A stretch of DNA of 64,000 bases from a virus, in the IMG/VR virus record IMGVR_UViG_3300045988_112441; one strand, written 5' to 3'. A program made the translations under genes and the position numbers. The notes under the pieces are model-generated. The model had not been told where the DNA came from. It saw nothing but the letters and a program-made list of their open reading frames with translations, and did no database searches. This document shows, in pieces, positions 40,243 through 47,364 of this stretch; the first letter of the stretch is position 1, and the number at the start of each line of letters is the position of its first letter.

Positions 40243-40259
40243 CAAACCACCTCCTTTTC

Positions 40260-40277
40260 GTATCCTGTGTTACATAG
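40260..40277 (-). promoter_or_regulatory. Conserved 18-bp element, copy e (GTATCCTGTGTTACATAG)
   Basis: Just upstream of the GAAAAGGAGGTGG RBS of the C5-methyltransferase gene. Confidence 0.5.
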
Positions 40278-40383
40278 CTAAATCTCAGAGAATAAGCGAA
40301 AAACAATAGACGTATCAACGTCATATTATTTCAACGCTTATAAAACAAAAGTTCTAGCGGGTTTTATGTACGCCCTTTCGGGC

Positions 40384-40464
40384 TGGTGGGACATGTCGGA
40401 CTTGAACCGTGATACATATGCTCAGTTATGAGCTGAGTTCTCTAACCAATTGAGATAATGTCCC
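40384..40464 (-). tRNA. tRNA-Met/Ile2 (anticodon CAT), atypical
   Basis: Perfect acceptor (GGGACAT/ATGTCCC), D-arm and anticodon arm (CTCAG-CTCATAA-CTGAG), and an encoded CCA. The variable region is about 9 nt and the T-stem has only 3 bp (mismatches at 49:65 and 50:64). Confidence 0.45.
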
Positions 40465-40653
40465 ATAAAAACCAGTTAAATAGCTGCAACTATTCAACTG
40501 GGCACCTTCCTTATAAAACACTATTGCATCTATATCATATAGACGAGGAAGGAATAACAGCGATGCACATTTCCTATATCTCGCCCCTTTCGGGGTGGTA
40601 TCTCGCACAGGCGCGGCCGGATCTGACCGCCAAAGATCCTACCCATACGAGAT

Positions 40654-40728
40654 TGGAGCAGCGAAAGGTAGTCGAAACCTCATCCTCAGCTTGGAAGGCT
40701 GATGTACTAGCCGTTGTACGACCGCCGC
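40654..40728 (-). tRNA. tRNA-Gly (anticodon TCC) with a G3:U70 pair
   Basis: Full cloverleaf: acceptor GCGGCGG/TCGCTGC with G3:U70 and G7:U66, D-arm GTAC-AACGGCTA-GTAC, anticodon loop CTTCCAA, T-arm GAGGT-TTCGACT-ACCTT, U73 and CCA. Confidence 0.6.
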
Positions 40729-40831
40729 ATGAAAACCCAGCTTACAAAACACTACTGCACCATCACTGGCGAGCTGGGAATAATAGTGGTCAAAGGATAT
40801 CAACAAACGGTACGCAACCATTCTATGACCG

Positions 40832-40916
40832 TGGTGCCACAGGCGAGACTCAAACTCGCAAGCCTTTCGGCGTCTACCCCTAAAATAGATGTGTAGGTCA
40901 ATTCCACCACTGTGGC
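40832..40916 (-). tRNA. tRNA-Leu (anticodon TAG), class II
   Basis: 85 nt. Acceptor GCCACAG/CTGTGGC, anticodon stem TCTAT/GTAGA, loop TTTAGGG, variable arm CGCCGAAAGGCTT, T-arm GCGAG-TTTGAGT-CTCGC, A73 and CCA. Confidence 0.65.
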
Positions 40917-40923
40917 ATATAAA

Positions 40924-40997
40924 TTGCGCCGGAAAGAATCGAACTTTCGCAATCGGGACTTCAAAGGACCCTGCCTTAACCGCTTGGCTACGACGCA
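40924..40997 (-). tRNA. tRNA-Gln (anticodon TTG)
   Basis: Acceptor TGCGTCG/CGGCGCA, Gln-like D-arm GCCAAGCGGTTAAGGC, anticodon loop CTTTGAA with a U:U mismatch in the stem, T-arm GAAAG-TTCGATT-CTTTC. No encoded CCA. Confidence 0.6.
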
Positions 40998-41093
40998 TTA
41001 TATACTTGGCTTGCTGTGTCCTATTGCTCCATTTTTGGAGAGCCAAGAATAATAGGAAAGGTATTTTATGAAAAGCATGTTGGGAAACCAACT

Positions 41094-41166
41094 GGTCGAA
41101 AACGTCAGATTTGAACTGCAACTCCTGCTCCCAAAGCAGGCGTGTTACCATTACACCACGTTCTCG
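41094..41166 (-). tRNA. tRNA-Pro (anticodon TGG), atypical
   Basis: C1:G72 acceptor (CGAGAAC/GTTTTCG), A73 and CCA. Anticodon arm CCTGC-TTTGGGA-GCAGG. One extra nucleotide at positions 8-9, and a weak T-stem. Confidence 0.5.
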
Positions 41167-41169
41167 ATA

Positions 41170-41257
41170 TGGTGCCGCAGGTGGGATTCAAACCCACGAT
41201 CCATATTTCAGGCGTCCCGGTTTAAGCGGGAAATGTATGTCACTCCATCACTGCGGC
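41170..41257 (-). tRNA. tRNA-Leu (anticodon TAA), class II-like
   Basis: 88 nt. Acceptor GCCGCAG/CTGCGGC, anticodon stem TCCCG/CGGGA, loop CTTAAAC, 17-nt variable region, T-arm GTGGG-TTTGAAT-CCCAC, A73 and CCA. Confidence 0.5.
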
Positions 41258-41263
41258 ATATAT

Positions 41264-41295
41264 AGAAGCTGTATTTTTTTACAGCTTCTTTTTTA
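41264..41295 (+). terminator. Strong rho-independent terminator on the plus strand (antisense to the tRNA/HNH array)
   Basis: AGAAGCTGT-ATTTTTTT-ACAGCTTCT followed by TTTTTAT; 9-bp perfect stem. On the minus strand it is followed by ATATAT, so it is not a terminator in that orientation. Confidence 0.55.
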
Positions 41296-41301
41296 TCAAC
41301 G

Positions 41302-42198
41302 TTAATTTTCCTCTTTACTGTTCATATCTAATTTTCTGTATGGTAAATCATAATACTTGCACCATTTACGTATGGCATTTCCTGATACTCCATATTTTCT
41401 TCCAACATCTTGAAAGGACATTGAAGCTGTGTCTACCATCAATTGTTCTTTATCAGGAAAATCAATGCGTTTACTGTAAGGATTTCCTTTTAAACAATTT
41501 TTACAGAGACATCCTTTTGCACGCGGACTCATTTCTTTTCCGCATATTGAACAATATTTGATTTTTCTTCTTTTTCTTTCTTTTTTCTCACGGATAACCT
41601 TTTCACGTGGAATTTGAGTTACGTTGTTTTCAATCATTAGTTGCCTTGCTTTGTCATACCACACTCTCGCAGAATAATAAATTCCAACTTTTTCAAGAGC
41701 GGCATTTATAGTTGATGTTGTTTTTAACGCATCAAGAAAATCTTTATCGCTCACAGTCTTGTATTTCCCGATATTATTTTTGCACCAATTATCAGTTTGT
41801 GCATGACAATTCGGGCAAAGCAACTGAAGATTGTCTAATTCATTATTTATGTGGTTTCCGTCAATATGATGTACTTGCAATGGAATCTGTTTGCCCATCT
41901 ATTCAGAGTTTCCACAACATTCACACTTATATGGTTTGATAGAAAGAAGTGCGGATTTTAAATCCTTTATTCGTCTTCCATTTTTAAAACGAGACAAATC
42001 CACGTTCCCTTTATTCTAGCCCTGCCCAGTGAAATGAGAAGTATTTATATTGTGCGCTTTTGCATAATCTTGAAGTACGTGATTCGTACTTCCACCATTT
42101 TTTGAATATCCAAGCTTCTCCGCAACCGCAGCCTAACTTTTGCTTTCCTCAAAAGCTTGCTCAATTTCTTCTTTTGTAAGTTTATCAATCTTTTTCAT
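41302..42198 (-). CDS. HNH homing endonuclease as one continuous 299-codon frame with three in-frame TAG codons
   Basis: GGAGG RBS before the ATG at 42198. Frame reads MKKIDKLTKEEIEQAFEESKS-TAG-38 aa (KLGYSKNGGSTNHVLQDYAKAHNI...)-TAG-38 aa (...KPYKCECCGNSE)-TAG-MGKQIPLQVHHIDGNHINNELDNLQLLCPNCH... TAGs at 42133-35, 42016-18 and 41899-901. No other stops or frameshifts; ORF-track coordinates confirm they share one frame. Confidence 0.7.
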
Positions 42199-42390
42199 AA
42201 AATGCCTCCAACATCTAATAAATGAATATTCGGACTCTGGTGCCAAGGACGGTATTCGAAACCGCATGTGTTTCCACAGCGAGGTTTGGGCTCGCCCTGT
42301 CTCCCATTTGCAGCACCTTGGCATATATTGCCGGTCTTTCCCGGCTGTCAGCCCCGCTCAGGGCATTTTCGGAGGAAGAAAATGTCTTAA

Positions 42391-43059
42391 TTACTCATTA
42401 CCAAGCGTATCAGCGATATCCTTGAAGTCATTCCACTTGATTTTGACAATTACTCGATTACCTCTGCGGTCTTTCAACTCAACCTTTGGACGACCAACCA
42501 GACCTTCCATATAAATGTCATCAATCGAAACCGTAGACTTCGGATGTTGACACACAAACTTGATACCGTCTCGAATCGTCCCTGTAAACAAAATAGGAAC
42601 TACTTGGATACCAAACATCTGAGCAGTCTTTTCAACCCACTCTCTACTCTGGTAGTTATCACCAACCAGGGCATCGAACAAGATGAACCACTCATCAGGT
42701 CGGTATCCATGACCACATCCTTGAATTTTGCCACCATAACCCTCTCCAAAGAGGATTACTTCTTTATCACCGTAAGTCTGTTCAAACAATTCCTCTGCTT
42801 CAGAAGTACCGAAAATTTCATTTAGTGCATCCACCAAATTCTTAGGAAGTTCGGCACGTTCAGTTCGTCCGGCAAAGCTGACTTTATGACCGTCCCAGCA
42901 AACACGCACATTCGTGCCATCCACTTTCTCAGTAAATTCCCACTCATTATTTTGTAGGAACTCAATGGTTTCATTACGAAAATCACCGATAATCAGCTTT
43001 TTAGTGCCTTCGATATCACGATTAAACACCGTTTCGATTTTTTCGTAGGTTTTCATCAA
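42391..43059 (-). CDS. RNA ligase (ATP-dependent nucleotidyltransferase, Rnl-like)
   Basis: 222 aa. Lys-adenylation motif TEKVDGTNVRV. Size and fold resemble small phage/bacterial RNA ligases. Confidence 0.6.
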   Translation of the reverse strand: MMKTYEKIETVFNRDIEGTKKLIIGDFRNETIEFLQNNEWEFTEKVDGTNVRVCWDGHKVSFAGRTERAELPKNLVDALNEIFGTSEAEELFEQTYGDKEVILFGEGYGGKIQGCGHGYRPDEWFILFDALVGDNYQSREWVEKTAQMFGIQVVPILFTGTIRDGIKFVCQHPKSTVSIDDIYMEGLVGRPKVELKDRRGNRVIVKIKWNDFKDIADTLGNE

Positions 43060-43132
43060 AAATCACCTCAAAATTCTAACGTATTTTCGTTAATTATTTT
43101 AACGAAAATCACGATAAAATGTCTATTTTAAT

Positions 43133-45345
43133 TCAGCTCTTCTGCTGACTTGCGTAGAACTCATTCCGCAGCTGAATAATACCCTTTTTGCAGAAAGATT
43201 CCTGGTCTTTCTCTCGTTGTTCACGCATCCAACCATAAAACAGGTTATCCTCAGCAGTAAATAACTTTGCGGTATTTTCATAATAGCCACGTTTCTGAAC
43301 GCTCTGCATGACACCACGCAAGAACTTCCAGTGCTTATAATAAGGAAGCTTCATCTTAAACATGAAATTGTTGCTGTCTCGCAAAACAAAGCCTTCAACG
43401 TGTTCAAAGCCATGATGCAGATAGTTCTCGTTCATGACTTCCTCGTACCAAGGATAGAATTCACTCCAGTTCTCAAAGGTCTTAACCTTCTCCTTAATCT
43501 GCAGATGACACTTCTCAGCTACACGCTTCAGATCATCGTAATCCATCACACTGAAGTTCATATCATTCGCAACAATATCCAGCAAAACAATATGCGGTTT
43601 CTTATATTCAATGATATGAGCATCATTCACAGGATCAATCACCTCGAAGATGATAGAACCATTCTCTTTTGCAACTTCTTTCAGATTCTTACGGTCTTCA
43701 TCAGAAGTCGTATCCATGAGAATCTTTCGGAACATATCTGCAAAAGGCCCTTCAGGAGTGGATTTACTTGCAATGAACAGACCATCCTGTTCTGCATCAT
43801 ACGAAATGATACCAAGAAATCCATTCTCTTTTAAATATGCAGTCACCGGGAACTTCAAAGTGTTCTGTAGGTTTCCAATTCTCGTTTCATTCCGCTCATC
43901 AACCGCAAAGAATTTATCATAGCTTCGAGCTACAATCTTATTCGTCTTTGTGTTAATGAACAATCCCCTTGCTTTGGTAGAAACCTCATCCCAATGCTTC
44001 TTATAAAATGCTTCACGAGAGAAGTTGAAAGAAGAAATATCTCCGAATCGCTTCTCAAACACATATTTGCTTTGACGCATCTTACCAACAAGTTCTGCGT
44101 TATCGAACTCAGTTTTCATTTCAACGGCAGTTTCAGTCTTTGGCTCCTCTTTTCGGAACACATCGTTCTTGGTTTCTACACACTTGATTGACTGACCGTG
44201 TTCAAGTTCCACGCAACGAAGATATCCGCCAAACTCGATTTTTCCTTCGAGGTTGTAGCACCGATGCCCCATATCAATAGGAACATCCTGCACATTCCGA
44301 TGACCGAAGATCTGAATGTAGCTATCCGGCATCGATTTTTCCCAAGACTCAGCCACGGTTAGCATATCAGGATAGCGACCTACACCTTTAATCATCTGAT
44401 CAGCAGATACAAAAGGAAGAAAATAAGGCAGATAGCTCAGGCCACCATGACTTACAAAATACCGCTTACCATCATACTCAAAGTAGGCACACTGGCCGAC
44501 TCTGGAATAGATCTTACGAGCAGTGTTCTTGTCAATACCGGCTTTAAAGAGCTGCGGACGAGTGTAGTTTGCAAACTCTTCACTCTGAACCGGTTCATCA
44601 TGCCCCACTTGTTCAGACAACGCTCGTGATTCCCTTCCAAAAGGATCACATTCTTGCGGTTGTTATTTACAACATCACACAAGAACTTGAATACTTCAAC
44701 GTTTTCGATGCCACGATCGAGATAATCACCAACGAAGATATAAAGTTCGTCGTCCTTCATCTCACCAAGGTATTCACTTAAACAAGTATAGCAGCCATGA
44801 ATATCACCGATGACATGAACCTTCTTCCACTGGTTGAAGTCATTCGGATAGTAGTTCAAATCGGACATCACATCCGTAGTAGAAGGAAGAACCGTCACGC
44901 CAGAAGGAACTTTTTGAGTAGCAAACCGAGCGTACATCTTATCAATGGCCGCTTCAGGAACTCGCTTCAGCCATTCTCTCTGAGCGTTTCTTCGTTTGCA
45001 TTCCTCGATCGGAAGATCCGTCATGTCAATAACATACATCCGATAACGATACTGTTTTGCAAGATTCTTATAACGATTCATTTCGACCGTCTTGGAATTC
45101 GTTGCATCAATCACGGTAAACTCACCATGACTCATACGCACCTCAAGCAGTTTGAAAAGCATCTCCCATACAACATCATCATTCTGCGGAGAAATCTCCA
45201 TCTGCCCGGCAGGTGTTTCCTGTGCGCTCTGGCACATAAGGCGAAGTGTATCAGCACTCAATACGTACTGCTCAAGATTATGCTCTTTAATATAGGTGGA
45301 CTTCCCACAACCTGGTGCTCCACGGAACAGCAAAAGCGTTCTCAT
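43133..45345 (-). CDS. Pnkp-like polynucleotide kinase/metallophosphatase/ligase-like adenylyltransferase, encoded in two overlapping frames
   Basis: ORF 44452..45345 has a P-loop kinase (FRGAPGCGKST) plus GDIHG/GDYLDRG/GNHE. ORF 43133..44620, in the -1 frame, continues with FVSHGG, GHRN and a KENGF ligase-like motif. The 169-nt overlap contains T_TTA_AAG in phase (44542-44548) and a G4 run. Confidence 0.6.
44542..44548 (-). promoter_or_regulatory. Candidate -1 ribosomal frameshift heptamer T_TTA_AAG inside the Pnkp overlap
   Basis: In the zero frame of the upstream ORF (tct tta aag). A -1 slip enters the downstream frame (ttt aaa gcc...). Confidence 0.3.
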
Positions 45346-45366
45346 CTACATTTCCCTTTCTAATAA

Positions 45367-45384
45367 GTATCCTGTGTTACATAG
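45367..45384 (-). promoter_or_regulatory. Conserved 18-bp element, copy f (GTATCCTGTGTTACATAG)
   Basis: 21 nt upstream of the Pnkp ATG. Confidence 0.5.
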
Positions 45385-45390
45385 TTACAA

Positions 45391-45417
45391 TGTTAAAATC
45401 AAGGGGCAGAAGCCCCC
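45391..45417. terminator. GC-rich hairpin GGGGC-AGAA-GCCCC with T-tracts on both sides (bidirectional terminator)
   Basis: Downstream of gene 45423..46349 and upstream of element f. Same terminator-then-element layout as between helicase and ligase. Confidence 0.5.
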
Positions 45418-45422
45418 TGTTT

Positions 45423-46349
45423 TTAATTTTTGTGGAAGTATTCGACCCAGCCCTTGTATCCTTGTCGAAAACTGATATACGCAACCTTGCTGCACTTTCT
45501 TCCGATAATGTCCGCAAGAGGATATTTACCATTTCCGAAACTAAGTTCTGCAAGATTAAATTCTGGATGAGTTTTACAGTAGTTATAAACCTTGACATAC
45601 TCGCCGTTTCTGGTCAGATGTCTTCGGTCTAAAGCCTTTGAATGATATCTTCTTTCGAGAATATCATTCAAGCGCGTGAAATAACTATGAATCGTATTCG
45701 TAGACATTTTTGAATCACTGTCTGCACCAGTTCTATCCTCTGTTTTGCGAAGAATGTAATCACCATTTATGACATAAAACGTTCTGTATCCTCCCATATT
45801 TGGAGCATCGTATTGTTTCATTTCATAACACTGCTTAATGATATTCATCAATCTCGCGTCAACACCGGTCTTATTCAGAACAGTACATGATTCAAAATCA
45901 ACATCGTTAATTGTCAGATTAGAAACCTCTTCGGAAGTAAGACCAATCCAGTACAGCACGGCAATCACGTTCATACGAATCTGATATGGTTCTTCATACT
46001 TGTCCAAGAAATCAACAAACTCATCAGCTGACGCAAAATACTTGTCCTCGTACATATTGTCTGAACTCACGTCGCTCTCCGAGAATTCAGCTAAGTCATA
46101 CATGCTCGCTCGATACTCACTTTTGATGTAACCTGTAATTATTGACTTTACATTTCTGAACGACCGACTTGAATTCACCCAATTGTATTTGGCAAACATC
46201 TTTACAAAATCATCTTTTGTGAAGTCAAACAACTCATACCCACGCTCGGCCTCGTAATCCATAACATGGTTAAGTGTCGATACAACAAACTCACCGCTTC
46301 TATCAGAATACTTTTCGGCAAAAGCTTTGATTTTTTCTTCAGTAAGCAT
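45423..46349 (-). CDS. Hypothetical protein (possible divergent tyrosine-recombinase-like fold)
   Basis: 308 aa. LTSEEVSNLTINDVDF and HSYFTRL...RRH...Y segments resemble recombinase boxes, but only weakly. Confidence 0.3.
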   Translation of the reverse strand: MLTEEKIKAFAEKYSDRSGEFVVSTLNHVMDYEAERGYELFDFTKDDFVKMFAKYNWVNSSRSFRNVKSIITGYIKSEYRASMYDLAEFSESDVSSDNMYEDKYFASADEFVDFLDKYEEPYQIRMNVIAVLYWIGLTSEEVSNLTINDVDFESCTVLNKTGVDARLMNIIKQCYEMKQYDAPNMGGYRTFYVINGDYILRKTEDRTGADSDSKMSTNTIHSYFTRLNDILERRYHSKALDRRHLTRNGEYVKVYNYCKTHPEFNLAELSFGNGKYPLADIIGRKCSKVAYISFRQGYKGWVEYFHKN

Positions 46350-46402
46350 AGTGGCACACTCCTTCTTATTATATGTAGTGTACCATTAAACCTTATAAAA
46401 AA

Positions 46403-46822
46403 TCAAGCAAATGCGGCAAAATTCTGAAATTCCATAGTATGTTGTACGCCGCTCAGGAATGCTGCGAGCAAAAACGGCTCATCCTTACATCTTGCCATTG
46501 CAATCATATTCATTTGACGCTCCGACAAGACACCAAGTTTCTTAATGAACTGTCCTTTGTTAAGTGTATCAGTCTCTTCACAGAGAACGATACTGTCAAC
46601 CTCTAGGAAATCACAATCTTCCTTTGCGAGTAAAACATGAACCGGAGAGCGCTTGTATATTCTGGAAGACAACGGATTTCCTTTAATTGTGGGACTAAAG
46701 AAGTTGCGCTTATTGTTGCTCGTCACAACGAACGGTCGAATACCGCGCTGCTGATGACCTGTCGCATTGGACAAATCGACCAACCAAACCTCTCCGACCT
46801 TTGGGTCAGTATTGTTGTCCAT
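46403..46822 (-). CDS. MazF/PemK-family endoribonuclease toxin-like protein
   Basis: 139 aa. GEVWLVDLSNATGHQQRGIRPFVVTSNN...PLSS...HVLL...VDSIVLCEE matches the PemK/MazF fold signature. No MazE-like antitoxin ORF adjacent. Confidence 0.6.
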   Translation of the reverse strand: MDNNTDPKVGEVWLVDLSNATGHQQRGIRPFVVTSNNKRNFFSPTIKGNPLSSRIYKRSPVHVLLAKEDCDFLEVDSIVLCEETDTLNKGQFIKKLGVLSERQMNMIAMARCKDEPFLLAAFLSGVQHTMEFQNFAAFA

Positions 46823-46840
46823 AGTTTTTTCTCCTCTACA

Positions 46841-46880
46841 ATAATGTAGCTCCGTTCCATAGCTACATTATACAGGATAC
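46841..46880. promoter_or_regulatory. Palindrome ATAATGTAGCT-N9-AGCTACATTAT overlapping inverted element copy g (CTACATTATACAGGATAC, 46863-46880)
   Basis: 11-bp inverted repeat upstream of the MazF-like gene; operator-like. Confidence 0.4.
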
Positions 46881-46914
46881 AACCACAGAAGTCAAGAGGT
46901 TTTTGAAAATATTT

Positions 46915-47271
46915 TTAGTGCCCGTACAACTCAGGATTCTCTGATACGAACACACTGGTATCATCGAAGATCATCTCATACGCTTTCTCTTTATCGCCCG
47001 GCCTAAGCTCTATCCTCCTTACTTCGTGGCACTCCTGCCGCAGCTCAATGTGACTTTCGTTTCCCAAAAATCCAATGCCTTTGACAATTCCATGCGTCTC
47101 TATACCAATGTCGTCCATCTTTTTGCAGATCATGTGAACATCCACACCATTGCAAATAAAACAGACCCACACTCGCTTTTTTCTTATGTACTTCAAAAAG
47201 TTCTCAACCTGTATAACTCCCAAAACCTTTTTCTCACTCATCGAAATACCGCCTTCCGCTCGCATAAACAA
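46915..47271 (-). CDS. Hypothetical protein
   Basis: ORF track. Confidence 0.4.
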   Translation of the reverse strand: MFMRAEGGISMSEKKVLGVIQVENFLKYIRKKRVWVCFICNGVDVHMICKKMDDIGIETHGIVKGIGFLGNESHIELRQECHEVRRIELRPGDKEKAYEMIFDDTSVFVSENPELYGH

Positions 47272-47364
47272 CTTTCAAGATATATTATACACATCTTTTT
47301 GTTTTAGTCAATATATTAAACATCTTTTCGTTGTATTATTTATTAAAATTTTAGATGATGCCAT

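Noticed and set aside
40365-40383. GCCCGAAAGGGC hairpin just 3' of the last tRNA, considered as the array terminator
   Set aside because: Only a 4-bp stem, and the U-tract starts about 20 nt later. More likely a processing signal. Not called.
40729-40831. 103-nt spacer between tRNA-Leu(TAG) and tRNA-Gly, examined as a possible seventh (suppressor) tRNA
   Set aside because: No cloverleaf. It forms a single 7-bp hairpin (CCCAGCT...AGCTGGG) with a 29-nt loop. No CUA anticodon candidate was found anywhere in the array.
40832-40916. tRNA with TAG in its anticodon loop, considered as an amber suppressor
   Set aside because: Anticodon 5'-UAG-3' reads the CUA Leu codon. An amber suppressor would need 5'-CUA-3'. 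This is an ordinary class II tRNA-Leu.
41068-41265. Plus-strand 65-aa ORF with an RBS, antisense to the tRNA-Pro and tRNA-Leu genes
   Set aside because: Its sequence is dictated by tRNA complementarity (WDSNPRS and similar). Kept only as a possible antisense RNA, not a protein.
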